Shown here piece by piece: positions 46,586 through 56,592 of a stretch of 64,000 nt of DNA (within the stretch, counting starts at the first letter, position 1; each line of letters opens with the position of its first letter). The notes under the pieces are model-generated. The model ran no database searches, was not told the DNA's origin, and saw nothing but the letters and a program-made list of their open reading frames with translations. Source of the stretch: a virus; IMG/VR virus record IMGVR_UViG_3300045988_117710; one strand, given 5' to 3'. The position numbers and the translations under genes are program-made.

Positions 46586-46616
46586 AAGAGAGTCTAACCA
46601 ACTCTCTTTTCTTTTT
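46586..46616 (+). terminator. Intrinsic terminator (agagagt-ctaacca-actctct plus T-run)
   Basis: 7-bp stem then TTTTCTTTTT. Confidence 0.65.
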
Positions 46617-46631
46617 ATGATTTTTATGAAA

Positions 46632-46667
46632 GAAAATCAATATAACTGTTGATTTTCTTTTTTCTTT
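46632..46667 (+). terminator. Second tandem terminator (gaaaatcaa...ttgattttc plus T-run) fused to the promoter motif
   Basis: 9-bp stem, 8-nt loop, TTTTTTCTTT. Confidence 0.65.
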
Positions 46668-46668
46668 A

Positions 46669-46677
46669 TCGTATAAT
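46669..46677 (+). promoter_or_regulatory. TCGTATAAT promoter motif
   Basis: Recurring motif. Confidence 0.5.
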
Positions 46678-46704
46678 ACTAATATGAAAGGAGACATGAC
46701 CCAT

Positions 46705-47031
46705 ATGAATTTTATCAAGAAGTTGTTAGGGATGGAGTATTTTGTTCCATTAGTAGGTGTTAAGGATGTAGCTGATGATCAGTATATGATCTCATCTGCT
46801 GGTAGAATCAAAAGACTTTATTCTAATAAGAGCTCGAAGGAATCAGTTAGTTTTCTTAAAGGTTCTTTAAATGCAGGTGGGAAGAGAGTTGTTACTTTAG
46901 GTAAGAGTACTTATCTAGTAGGTTCTCTTATGTTATATGCATTTGGTAAAGCTGACAGTCCTAGAGTTAAGTACAATGTTAGAGACAACGATAACTCTAA
47001 CTTAACACTATCTAACCTAGAGGTTATGTAG
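46705..47031 (+). CDS. Hypothetical protein
   Basis: AAAGGAGA RBS before ATG 46705. Confidence 0.4.
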   Translation: MNFIKKLLGMEYFVPLVGVKDVADDQYMISSAGRIKRLYSNKSSKESVSFLKGSLNAGGKRVVTLGKSTYLVGSLMLYAFGKADSPRVKYNVRDNDNSNLTLSNLEVM

Positions 47032-47041
47032 TTAACTGTGA

Positions 47042-47068
47042 AAGGGACTGGTTCTAGTCCCTTTATTT
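47042..47068 (+). terminator. Intrinsic terminator (agggactggttctagtccct plus T-run)
   Basis: 8-bp stem then TTTATTTAT. Confidence 0.55.
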
Positions 47069-47103
47069 ATATATTATTTTAGTTAATATTGAGGAGGATT
47101 TCA

Positions 47104-47412
47104 ATGAATAAGTTATTTGAATCTGTAGAAGGTTGTGACAAATATATTCTTTTAGAAAATGAATATCCTACTTCTATGAGTAGAGAGGAATATATTAGTA
47201 CTTTAAAATCTAAAGTAAACAAGCTTGCAGATGAATTTGCTAGTTTAGCTAATTTCTTTAATTCTTATATTGAAGATTCTGCTACTGGTGAAAGTATTGA
47301 TTGTAATGAGTTTATTTGTATAGCTCAAGAAGAGTACCCATTTGAAAATAGTTTTGATGAGAAAGCATATGAGTTTTCAAACTGGGCTGATAAGATTAAT
47401 GAAATTAAGTAG
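47104..47412 (+). CDS. MNKLFES-leader family protein 1 (103 aa)
   Basis: Starts MNKLFESVEGCDKY; GAGGAGG RBS. Confidence 0.55.
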   Translation: MNKLFESVEGCDKYILLENEYPTSMSREEYISTLKSKVNKLADEFASLANFFNSYIEDSATGESIDCNEFICIAQEEYPFENSFDEKAYEFSNWADKINEIK

Positions 47413-47421
47413 GAGGTAAAT

Positions 47422-50400
47422 ATGAACAAGTTATTTGAATCTGTTGATAATTTATTTGATTCTGGTAAGAGTCTTATTAATGAAGATTATCGTGATGATG
47501 TTATTAATGATTTAGGTATTGAACCTGGTTCTGATGAAGAAGCACAAGTTGATGAAATCCTTAATACAGTTCCAACTGTTTATGATGTTTTCACTTTATC
47601 TCAAGTTGATGTTAATGAGTATAAGTCAGATCTTTATACTACTGTAGAAGATGAAGACCAAGCTTATGATATAGTTGCTGAACTTGGAGCTCAAGGTATT
47701 AATGCTTTTGTAGAAAGTAGAGATGCTAATGAAGATGTTATAGTTCCTAACAATTTCTTATCTGGTCTTTATGCTAGGGATTTGAATGAATCTACTGAAG
47801 GGTTAAGTAAAGAAGATAAGATTTGTCGTTTAGAAGATAAGATTAAGGAATGTAAAGATAGAATTGAAGAGATTGGTAATACTGAATTCTTCGATGATGG
47901 TTCTTATGAAGCAGGTTTAGAGTTAGAAGATAGAGCAATGGAAAGAGCTTCTCTTGAGTATGCTATTTCTGAATATCAAAAGGAAATAGATGAACTTAAA
48001 GGTGAAACTATTAATGAAGGTAGTAAGTTTGATTTATATTCTATCAGAGGAGAAATCAGAGATGATGAAACTGGTAGATTAATGCTTCATACTAAGAATA
48101 AGAATAATGGGTTAGTTGGTTGTGCAAATTTCTTTGGTGATGGTTCAGATATGGTTACTGTTTACGAAGGTAATGGTGATGGTTCTGATGACAAGAGTAT
48201 GGGATTCGATGAGTTCCTAGCAAACTATGATTATGTTCTTGCTGATGAAGATGAACAACCATTTGGTGTTACTGAAGCTTCTGAAGAGAAAGTATTTGTT
48301 AAGAAAGTTAAAGGTCCTAATGGTCAATTCTTTGATGTTTATAAGAAAGATGGTAAGTTTGTGGATGAATATAATAATGAACTTACTGCAGAAGAATTAA
48401 AAGATTATAAGTTAGTTGAAGATGAATCTAATGGTTCTACTGCTATTTTATATCAAGTTACTCCTGGTAAGACTAGAGAATATGGTTTTGAATCTTTAAA
48501 GATGTTAGATAAGTTTGGTATTGAGCTTAGTTTAGATAATTATACTGAAGTTGCTAATATTGATTATAGTAAGTATACAGATGCTACTGATACTAATGCA
48601 ATTCTAGAAGCAATATTCAGAGAAGGTAATACTAATCAAGATATGAGAGTTGAATTCCCTACTATGAGATCTGTTTCTATGTCTGATATTGTTTTATTAG
48701 ATGGTAGATATTACTATTGTGATGACTTTGGTTGGACAGATGTTACTGATCGTTTAACTGGTGTTAATGAGTCTGAAGGTGGAGATTTAAAATCTCAAGT
48801 TGTTGAGTATTTAACTTCTAAATATGGTGAAGGTTTTGAATTAGAAGACAATGTTAATGGTTTTACTAATCAAGATGAAATTATTGATTCTATTGTTAAT
48901 TCTTATGAAGGAAATGAAAATTTAACTGTTGCTGAGTTTATAGATTCTTTAATTGAACCTCATGGTTTAATTGTTGTTAAGTCTAAAGGTTTATCTGAAG
49001 GTACTTCTGCTAAACGTATAGCAAGATATAATGAATTTGATAATGGTAGAGTTTTACATTCTTGGAAAGATATGACAGATGAAGAAGCTGAAGAGCTTGC
49101 TAAACAAAAGTCAATTGAAGATCCAAATAATGTTTATTATGTATGTAATGATAATGTTATGAATCCTACTTCTGATAAGGTTTGGTATAATGGTAAGTCT
49201 TATGATTTCAGTGATGTTAAGTTTAGTGAAACTGGTACTTACTGTGAATCTGAAGAAACTGATCCTAGATTAGATACTTTTGCTGAGTTATATTATAAGT
49301 ATCAAGATGGTGAATCTCATGAATGGACAAGAGAAGAAGTTATTGATTGGATTAATGATGAAATTAAGTTAGGTGATACTTCATTTACTTTAGATGATGA
49401 AACTATTGATTTATTATTAGGTTTCCAACATGATTTACATCAAGCTGATATAGAAGATTTAGATGAAGCTTCTAAACCTTTAGTTAAAGATAAGTTCTAT
49501 ATTGATGGTGTTGGTCCAGAGTTTGATGGTTACCACGATCCTAGTGTTCTTTGGAATGGTTGGGAATGTCCATTCTTTACTAAAGAGGTAGCAGATGAGA
49601 TAACTAAAACTTTTACTGATGAGTCTGTTACTTTTGAATATGATGAAGCTGGTAAGAAATATATAATTACTTGGAATGGTGAAGATACTGAAGAAGTTCC
49701 TATGACACGTCGTGAAACTGTTGATGGTGAGTTAGATTTATTCCCATTAGGTTATTATGGTTGGTGTTGGAATAAAGCTTCTGATGATTTAGAAGAGTCT
49801 AATAAATTAGATGAAACAGCTTGGAAGGGTACTCTTAAGTCTGGTTCTGCTTTAAGAGCCCTAATTAATAATCCAGATGATACTATTGAATATTATCAAG
49901 CTGTATTAGATAAGATTAAAGATGTTTGTAATGAAGCAATTCCAATGTGTGATGATGAATATTATGCTAATGGATTCCAATCTTTAATAGATGATATTGA
50001 ATGTATTTATTATGATGAAGAATTAGATGAAGGTAATGTTGATTATATTCTAGATGGTCTTTGGGATTGGGCTGATGGTGCTAAGTTATTCGTTGCCTTA
50101 GGTGAATCTGAAGTAGTTATGGAAGAAGATTCTAATTATACTAATAAATATCGTTGTGTTACTGCAGGATATGATACTGTAGAAACATTTGATTCAAAGG
50201 ATGATGCAATTGCATTTGCTAAAGAGAATGACAGGGTGTATTCAGTAATGTCTGATATTTATCAAGGTGATATGTTAATTAGTGTTGGATTAAATGATAT
50301 TTGGTCTAAGTATGATGAAGATTTAACTGAAGCTTCTAGTGTAGATGGTTTAGTTACTAAGTTTGTTGAGTTACCATATGGTGATTTCAAAGCAAATAAT

Positions 50401-50652
50401 GCCATTGGTGTTCTTAATGATGGTACAGTGTTTTGGGTAGATAGTGAGAATGAAGCTTATTCAGTTCCTTGTTCTTACGATGAGTTAAAGAGAGCAATGT
50501 ATGGTAAAGAACAAGATGATTGGATGGAATTTTCTCAAAGTTTCACTAGAATAGAAGACCCACTAGAAACTAAGATTATGGTTGCTATTGGACGTTACTC
50601 TGAAGATGTTCTAGATTATCATGAAACTTTTAAAGATGGGTTACCATTCTAA
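47422..50652 (+). CDS. MNKLFES-leader family protein 2 (1076 aa giant, acidic)
   Basis: Starts MNKLFESVDNLFDSGKSLINEDYRDDVINDLG; no recognisable catalytic motifs. Confidence 0.6.
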   Translation: MNKLFESVDNLFDSGKSLINEDYRDDVINDLGIEPGSDEEAQVDEILNTVPTVYDVFTLSQVDVNEYKSDLYTTVEDEDQAYDIVAELGAQGINAFVESRDANEDVIVPNNFLSGLYARDLNESTEGLSKEDKICRLEDKIKECKDRIEEIGNTEFFDDGSYEAGLELEDRAMERASLEYAISEYQKEIDELKGETINEGSKFDLYSIRGEIRDDETGRLMLHTKNKNNGLVGCANFFGDGSDMVTVYEGNGDGSDDKSMGFDEFLANYDYVLADEDEQPFGVTEASEEKVFVKKVKGPNGQFFDVYKKDGKFVDEYNNELTAEELKDYKLVEDESNGSTAILYQVTPGKTREYGFESLKMLDKFGIELSLDNYTEVANIDYSKYTDATDTNAILEAIFREGNTNQDMRVEFPTMRSVSMSDIVLLDGRYYYCDDFGWTDVTDRLTGVNESEGGDLKSQVVEYLTSKYGEGFELEDNVNGFTNQDEIIDSIVNSYEGNENLTVAEFIDSLIEPHGLIVVKSKGLSEGTSAKRIARYNEFDNGRVLHSWKDMTDEEAEELAKQKSIEDPNNVYYVCNDNVMNPTSDKVWYNGKSYDFSDVKFSETGTYCESEETDPRLDTFAELYYKYQDGESHEWTREEVIDWINDEIKLGDTSFTLDDETIDLLLGFQHDLHQADIEDLDEASKPLVKDKFYIDGVGPEFDGYHDPSVLWNGWECPFFTKEVADEITKTFTDESVTFEYDEAGKKYIITWNGEDTEEVPMTRRETVDGELDLFPLGYYGWCWNKASDDLEESNKLDETAWKGTLKSGSALRALINNPDDTIEYYQAVLDKIKDVCNEAIPMCDDEYYANGFQSLIDDIECIYYDEELDEGNVDYILDGLWDWADGAKLFVALGESEVVMEEDSNYTNKYRCVTAGYDTVETFDSKDDAIAFAKENDRVYSVMSDIYQGDMLISVGLNDIWSKYDEDLTEASSVDGLVTKFVELPYGDFKANNAIGVLNDGTVFWVDSENEAYSVPCSYDELKRAMYGKEQDDWMEFSQSFTRIEDPLETKIMVAIGRYSEDVLDYHETFKDGLPF

Positions 50653-50665
50653 TTAGGAGGTTAGT

Positions 50666-50998
50666 ATGAATAGTTTATTTGAAAGTGTTGACGCTTGTTT
50701 TGAATCTGATGTTATAGTTGAATCAGATTCAAAACTTGGTTCTATTTTTGTTGCTGAGGTTGGTTACAATGGTGTAGTCGGTACTTGTAGAGGTGCTGGT
50801 TCTACTCCTGAAGAAGCCAAAGCAAATGTTATTAAATTCTTCAAGCAAGTTTATCCTAGTGTATTAGAAGATTTATTAACTAAAGAAGATTATCAAGATG
50901 TTTCTGAAGATAAAGCTCTTGAAGATTGGTATGGTATCAATGTATTCGATTTAAGTTCTGGAGCTACTTGTGAGAGTGGAGAAACTTTAAAAGGATAA
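50666..50998 (+). CDS. MNKLFES-leader family protein 3 (110 aa)
   Basis: Starts MNSLFESVDACFESD. Confidence 0.55.
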   Translation: MNSLFESVDACFESDVIVESDSKLGSIFVAEVGYNGVVGTCRGAGSTPEEAKANVIKFFKQVYPSVLEDLLTKEDYQDVSEDKALEDWYGINVFDLSSGATCESGETLKG

Positions 50999-51001
50999 TT
51001 T

Positions 51002-51331
51002 ATGAATAAGTTATTTGAAAGTATAGATAATTTATTTGAATCTGATATTCTAACTCTAGATGACTTCCTTAGTCATCTAGATGCCTATATGGCAGAGCAA
51101 TCTATTTTCTTTGAACCATTAGGTGGTTATATTGTCTATGATGGAGAGTATAGGTTTGTTTATTATGAATTATTAGATACTAATACAACTTATAGTCGTG
51201 ATGCAAAGAGAAAGCATTATCGTATATTAAGTTATGATGGTTCTACTTTTGTTGAGAATCGAATTACAGCTCCTATGTATAATGACTATATTAGATTAGG
51301 CATGGTTAGGGAGTATAGTAGAGAGGTATAG
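51002..51331 (+). CDS. MNKLFES-leader family protein 4 (109 aa)
   Basis: Starts MNKLFESIDNLFESD. Confidence 0.55.
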   Translation: MNKLFESIDNLFESDILTLDDFLSHLDAYMAEQSIFFEPLGGYIVYDGEYRFVYYELLDTNTTYSRDAKRKHYRILSYDGSTFVENRITAPMYNDYIRLGMVREYSREV

Positions 51332-51340
51332 GAGATTATT

Positions 51341-51838
51341 ATGAATAAGTTATTTGAGTCTGTTGATGACTTATATGAATCTGGAAGAAGTTTAGTTGTT
51401 GAAGATACTGAAGATTTTGTAGATGATGTTATTACTGATCCTTATGATTTAGGGTTTACTGAAGAAGATTTACAAAATAATCTTAATGTAAAGTTTACTG
51501 AATATGGTGAATTAGATAGTGCTGAACAAGAAGACTTTCCAGAATGTGATGCAGTATTATATTTTGATGTTTACTATGGAGATTCTAAAGTTGGTGAAAC
51601 TCAATGTTATGGTGCTAAAGAAGATAATGTTGAAGAGTATTTTCCTCAAGTAATTGAAAATCTTGTTGGTAATACTTTTGGGTTAGACTTTAGTGAAATT
51701 AAGAAAGAAGAAAAACCTTTAGGTGAATCTATTGAATATTGTTTAGTTTTACCAGAAGTAAAATCTGATGAAGAAATGAATAAGGTAATTGAAGCTCTTA
51801 AGGATTTAGGTTACGAAGCTTATTCTTGGACTCGTTAA
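51341..51838 (+). CDS. MNKLFES-leader family protein 5 (165 aa)
   Basis: Starts MNKLFESVDDLYESGRSLVVEDTEDFVDDVITD; about 40 aa co-linear with protein 2. Confidence 0.55.
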   Translation: MNKLFESVDDLYESGRSLVVEDTEDFVDDVITDPYDLGFTEEDLQNNLNVKFTEYGELDSAEQEDFPECDAVLYFDVYYGDSKVGETQCYGAKEDNVEEYFPQVIENLVGNTFGLDFSEIKKEEKPLGESIEYCLVLPEVKSDEEMNKVIEALKDLGYEAYSWTR

Positions 51839-51842
51839 TATA

Positions 51843-51870
51843 AGACTAGTTAATCTAGTCTTTTTCTTTT
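51843..51870 (+). terminator. Intrinsic terminator (agactag-ttaat-ctagtct plus T-run)
   Basis: Perfect 7-bp stem then TTTTTCTTTT. Confidence 0.65.
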
Positions 51871-51910
51871 GTCTTTCTATTATATATTTATTATAGTAGA
51901 GAGGTGGCCT

Positions 51911-53719
51911 ATGGATAATACTAATTTCCTAGATAAGATTATTGATTATAACAAATCTCAATATATTTCGAAAGCTACTAAGATTAGAGAGATAGTAGCA
52001 CCAGAAGTTTGGATTAACGATCCTTACTATTGTGGTGAGGATGGTAAGTTTTTATATCCATTCTGGAAGAAACACTTTGTTGAGATTTTTTCTCGTCCAA
52101 ATGAGAAGAGAATTAATGAGATTATAATTACTGGTTCTTTAGGAACTGGTAAGACTACATTCATGACTTTCTGCTTCTTAAGACTTTTATATGAGCTTAG
52201 TTGTTATGATTGTCCACAGATTCTTTATAATTTGATGTCAAGTACTTCTATTGTTCTTATGTATTTGTCTATCAATAAGGATATAGCAGAGAATACTGGT
52301 TATGGGGATTTGAGACAGAGAATTGATACTATTCCATACTTCATTGAGAATTATCCTAGAAATCAAAGATTGTCTAATGATATTGAGTTCCCACAATCTA
52401 ATATTCGTGTAGGTTCTGGTTCTAGAGCTTCTCATGCAATTGGTACTAACTTAATTGCTGCGGCTCTTGACGAATCTAACTTCAAAGGTACGGGTGAAGC
52501 TGCTACTGATGTCAACTCAATGTCTAAAGCACAACAAGTTTATAATGCTTTACGTAGACGTGGAGAAAACCGTTTTACCGTTGGTGGTATTGATTATTCA
52601 TTGTCTATCTTACTTTCTTCTGCAACTACTTCAAACTCTTTTACAGAGGCACGTATTGCTCATACTGCTTCTAATGAGCATGTTTATCATATTAATGCTA
52701 AGGTTTATGAAGTTAAACCTGCAGGAACTTATAGTAGTGAGAAGTTTATAGTATTTATGGGTAATGACCAATTGGATCCTACTCTTGTTGAGACTGTTCC
52801 AGCTCTTAATAATATTATGGATTCGGTTGGATTACCAAGATTTGCAGATACAGTCAATCTCGTAGATAGTATTAACTCATTGAGAGAAGATATTAGGGCA
52901 ATGTTTGAACTTGTTCCTATGAATTTTATTGAGTCTTTTAGAACAGATGTTGTTAAGTCTTTACAAGATATTTGTGGTGTTCCTGTTAACCCTATTGGTA
53001 GATTGTTTACAGCAAAGAGATATTATAATGAGTGTATTGACAATCAAGTTACACATCCATTTATTCAAGATGAGTTTATTCTTTCTACTGGTTCATCTGT
53101 TACTGGTATTGAGTATTTAAGGTCTGATTGGAAACCTTTAGAACCACATAAGACTAGATTTGTTCATATCGACCAATCTACAGCATCCGATAAGACTGGT
53201 ATTTGTATGGGATTTATAGACCATTTTGAGAATATTAATGGTGAGAATAGACCGGTTATTTATGTAGATTTTATGTTAGCTGTTAATCCACCATTGGCAC
53301 CAGAAAAGATTCATATTGCCAAGTGTCGTCAGTTAGTTTTAGATATAGCCAAGAAGTTTAATCTTAAGATTGGTAAATTCACTTACGATACCTTTGCATC
53401 TCAAGAGTCTGTTCAACAGCTTCAACAAGAAGGTATTAATGCTGATTTTCAATCAGTGGATAGAACAGTTGATGCTTATCTTGAGTTGTGTGATTTATTT
53501 TATGAGAAGAGAATTCATATCTATTCTTATCCGAAGTTTGAGAAGGAGTTCTTTAATTTACAATACTATCGTGATAGGAAGAAGATAGACCACTTACCAG
53601 AGTTTTCAAAGGACGTTTCTGATGCTGTTGCAGGAATGATTCATAATTGTACTCATAATGATGCTCAGTTGGATGCACTTCGTAAGATGGATGCTGAAAA
53701 CATTCTTAAGTGGTTATAA
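51911..53719 (+). CDS. terL: Terminase large subunit
   Basis: N-terminal ATPase P-loop (GSLGTGKTT), Walker B-like LIAAALDESNF, and a C-terminal RNase-H-like nuclease region (FVHIDQSTASDKTG); about 600 aa. Confidence 0.65.
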   Translation: MDNTNFLDKIIDYNKSQYISKATKIREIVAPEVWINDPYYCGEDGKFLYPFWKKHFVEIFSRPNEKRINEIIITGSLGTGKTTFMTFCFLRLLYELSCYDCPQILYNLMSSTSIVLMYLSINKDIAENTGYGDLRQRIDTIPYFIENYPRNQRLSNDIEFPQSNIRVGSGSRASHAIGTNLIAAALDESNFKGTGEAATDVNSMSKAQQVYNALRRRGENRFTVGGIDYSLSILLSSATTSNSFTEARIAHTASNEHVYHINAKVYEVKPAGTYSSEKFIVFMGNDQLDPTLVETVPALNNIMDSVGLPRFADTVNLVDSINSLREDIRAMFELVPMNFIESFRTDVVKSLQDICGVPVNPIGRLFTAKRYYNECIDNQVTHPFIQDEFILSTGSSVTGIEYLRSDWKPLEPHKTRFVHIDQSTASDKTGICMGFIDHFENINGENRPVIYVDFMLAVNPPLAPEKIHIAKCRQLVLDIAKKFNLKIGKFTYDTFASQESVQQLQQEGINADFQSVDRTVDAYLELCDLFYEKRIHIYSYPKFEKEFFNLQYYRDRKKIDHLPEFSKDVSDAVAGMIHNCTHNDAQLDALRKMDAENILKWL

Positions 53720-53728
53720 TTTTGTTTT

Positions 53729-53737
53729 TCGTATTAT
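53729..53737 (+). promoter_or_regulatory. TCGTATTAT promoter motif
   Basis: Recurring motif variant after TTTTT. Confidence 0.4.
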
Positions 53738-53768
53738 ATATTATGAATGAAGAAAGGATTGGTTTAAT

Positions 53769-54044
53769 ATGTATGTAATTATTATTGAACACTCATTATC
53801 TGATGAACATGATAATGATATTGCTTTTATATCAGTTAAAGAAGTAGGAGCTCCTGGTACTCCTATATCTGGTCAATATTCTGCTGATAATGAATGTTAT
53901 TATGAATGGTATGAAACTTATGAAGATTATCAAGTTGCTCTTGATGTTAAGAATGAGTTAGTTGATAGATTCAAACCATATATGATGGTTAAGAAAAATA
54001 AGAAGAATCATAAAAATGTAACTAAAGTTGTGACTTCTGAATAG
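53769..54044 (+). CDS. Hypothetical protein
   Basis: GAAAGGA RBS. Confidence 0.45.
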   Translation: MYVIIIEHSLSDEHDNDIAFISVKEVGAPGTPISGQYSADNECYYEWYETYEDYQVALDVKNELVDRFKPYMMVKKNKKNHKNVTKVVTSE

Positions 54045-54061
54045 TAAATTAGGGAGGAGTT

Positions 54062-55825
54062 ATGTCTGGACCTTTAAACGATAAATTATTGGACGAGGCA
54101 GTCAACAAGACTCTTAATGAAAAGAGTTATGAGACTAACAAGTCTTTTATTGCTGGTATGTCTTTATCACAATTTAGTGACTTTATTCACTCTGACCAAA
54201 TGTCAGATTTAAATGATAAGGCACTTTATGATGAGATGTTACTAGATGCCACAGTTCGTAATGTAATTGATGCTTATGTTGCTGAGATTGTAATTCGTGA
54301 TACTAATACAAATCATATTTGTACTGTTTTATCTGAAGATGCTAAACTTGTCGAAGAGTTAAACTCTTTTCTATTTGATAATATCAATATAGATGCTTTA
54401 GCAAATAATATTGTATTAAGAATGTTAGCTTATGGATGTGCTCCATGTGAGTTAGCTTATATTGATTCAACTACAGATTCTCAATGGCAATTATTCTCTG
54501 AAAGTGAGAAGTTAAAAGATATGACTTCTGAAAACTTATTAGAGAGTTTATCCAAGAAGGATGTTAAAGAGTTTCTTGTTGAAGGTAAGAAACTACGAGT
54601 TGTTTCTAATAAGAAAGCTCTTAAGGAAGATGTTCTTGAGTTAAGAAAGAAACAGTTCCCTGTTAGATGGTATTTAAATCAATTACCTATTTGGTCTTTG
54701 AAGGTTTTAAATTCTAAGGGTAAAGATATCGCTTATTTAGATCCAACTGTAACTGATAGAGTTTATGATGGAAGAACTCTTGTTCCTTTTATGAACATTT
54801 CTTCTAATGATTCAACTAGTATTAGTTCAACAGATGGTTCTGATAGTTATACTATATCAGCATCTGAAAGTTTTCTTAAACCTGCTAGAAAAGCGTATAG
54901 AGTTTTAAGTTCTTTTGAGGATTTATTATTAATCCATGCACTTACTACTTCAATTAACTATCGTATTTTTAGTGTTGAAGTTGGTAATTTAGATGAGAAA
55001 CAAACTCCAGCTCTTTTAGGAGATATTAAGAAGAGAATTAATGAGAATGAATCATTCAATTTAGAGACTTCATTCTATAATGCTTCTATGACAGGTGTTC
55101 CTCTAGGAGCGTCAATCCTTATTCCAACAAGAAATGGGGTTGGAACTATTTCAGTTCAACAAATTGATAATAGTTTTGGTACTAGTGAATTAGGTGATTT
55201 TAATTATTTCAAGAATAAATTAGCAACTGCTTTACATAGTAATTCACTTTTAACTGGTTCTACTGATAATGCAGGTGGACTTGATTCTGGTGGTTCTATG
55301 TCTGTTCTTGATGATAGAGCATCACAATATATAGAGTTATATAGAAATATATTTGCTTCTGGTATTGAATCTTTATGTGATTATTATTTAAGATTAACTA
55401 GAACAGAGTCTGCTTATTCAAAGTTAACTACTTTTAGTATTAGACTTGCTAGAAATATAGATGCTGAACAAGTTAATTTCTTAAAGGGACAATCTGAAGC
55501 TGCAAGTTCTCTACAACAAGTTGTTAGAGCACTTAAAGATTTAGGTTTAGATATGAAGAATTTCTCTGATACTCAATTATTACTAGTTCGTAAATTCTTG
55601 GGTAATGAGATTGCAGATTCTTTAGCTCTTGAGATGGAGAGTGCTAGTTCATTGTCTAGTCGCAAACCTCCTATTGTAGGAGATGATTCTACTGGTGGTG
55701 AGTTAGGTTCTACTGGTGATGATTCATTTGATTCATTCGAAGTAAGTGATGAAGAAGTTGACAATGCAGTTTCTGGTTCTGATGAAGAACAATTAACTGT
55801 TGAAGAACCTGGTATTGAATTATAA
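54062..55825 (+). CDS. Putative portal protein
   Basis: Position immediately downstream of terL, size 587 aa, acidic C-terminal tail; no motif-level support. Confidence 0.3.
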   Translation: MSGPLNDKLLDEAVNKTLNEKSYETNKSFIAGMSLSQFSDFIHSDQMSDLNDKALYDEMLLDATVRNVIDAYVAEIVIRDTNTNHICTVLSEDAKLVEELNSFLFDNINIDALANNIVLRMLAYGCAPCELAYIDSTTDSQWQLFSESEKLKDMTSENLLESLSKKDVKEFLVEGKKLRVVSNKKALKEDVLELRKKQFPVRWYLNQLPIWSLKVLNSKGKDIAYLDPTVTDRVYDGRTLVPFMNISSNDSTSISSTDGSDSYTISASESFLKPARKAYRVLSSFEDLLLIHALTTSINYRIFSVEVGNLDEKQTPALLGDIKKRINENESFNLETSFYNASMTGVPLGASILIPTRNGVGTISVQQIDNSFGTSELGDFNYFKNKLATALHSNSLLTGSTDNAGGLDSGGSMSVLDDRASQYIELYRNIFASGIESLCDYYLRLTRTESAYSKLTTFSIRLARNIDAEQVNFLKGQSEAASSLQQVVRALKDLGLDMKNFSDTQLLLVRKFLGNEIADSLALEMESASSLSSRKPPIVGDDSTGGELGSTGDDSFDSFEVSDEEVDNAVSGSDEEQLTVEEPGIEL

Positions 55826-55839
55826 ATTTCGTAGAATAA

Positions 55840-55870
55840 GTAGAGAATTTAATTATTCTCTACTTTTTTA
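55840..55870 (+). terminator. Intrinsic terminator (gtagagaat-ttaatt-attctctac plus T-run) fused to the promoter motif
   Basis: Perfect 9-bp stem then TTTTTTA. Confidence 0.75.
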
Positions 55871-55871
55871 T

Positions 55872-55880
55872 TCGTATAAT
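55872..55880 (+). promoter_or_regulatory. TCGTATAAT promoter motif
   Basis: Recurring motif. Confidence 0.5.
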
Positions 55881-55905
55881 TTATTATGAAAGAGAGGTTA
55901 AGTAT

Positions 55906-56376
55906 ATGAATACAGTTATTATGTGTGGAAATCTAACAGCAGATCCTGAATTACGTCAGGGAGCATCTGGAGTTAATTATACTCAGTTTACTGTTGCTGT
56001 TCAACGTTCTAATTTAGAGAAAGATGGAACAAGAAAAGCAGATTTTATTCCTACTACAGCATTTGGAAACAATGCAATCAATATTTGTAAGTATTTTAAG
56101 AAGGGTTCAAAGATACTTCTAAATGGTGAGTGGAGAACTGATTCTTATGACCAAAATGGTGTAAGAGTTTATACTCATAAGTTTATAGTTACTCGTTTCT
56201 TCTTTACTGGAGGTTCTAGTAATAATAACAGTACAACTGCAAATCAATCGTTAGGTGTTCCATATCAACAAGCTCAACAAAATGCACAAATTCGTCAAGA
56301 TTTTGAAGTACCAACTATAGCAGATGTACCTCAAGAAGATTTCGGGTTTAGTACAGAAGATGATTTTGGTTTCTAG
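55906..56376 (+). CDS. ssb: Single-stranded DNA-binding protein
   Basis: MNTVIMCGNLTADPELR...ADFIPTTAFG...YTHKFIV matches the bacterial SSB OB-fold, and the C-terminal acidic tail ends DDFGF. Confidence 0.85.
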   Translation: MNTVIMCGNLTADPELRQGASGVNYTQFTVAVQRSNLEKDGTRKADFIPTTAFGNNAINICKYFKKGSKILLNGEWRTDSYDQNGVRVYTHKFIVTRFFFTGGSSNNNSTTANQSLGVPYQQAQQNAQIRQDFEVPTIADVPQEDFGFSTEDDFGF

Positions 56377-56385
56377 GAGGTTAAT

Positions 56386-56592
56386 ATGATAAGAGTTAAT
56401 GATAATTTATATCCAAAAGAAAATATTAAGAATGTTTCAATTACTTCTGATAATGGTTCTTTTATACTAACTTATTATTTTAAGGAAGATACTAGATTAA
56501 GACCTGTTTCTGAATCATTTACTTCTTCTAAAGATATGGAGAAGAAGATTACAGAATTACAAGGTAAGAAGGGTAAGACACTTCTTGGCTAG
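56386..56592 (+). CDS. Small hypothetical protein
   Basis: AGGAGG RBS. Confidence 0.4.
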   Translation: MIRVNDNLYPKENIKNVSITSDNGSFILTYYFKEDTRLRPVSESFTSSKDMEKKITELQGKKGKTLLG

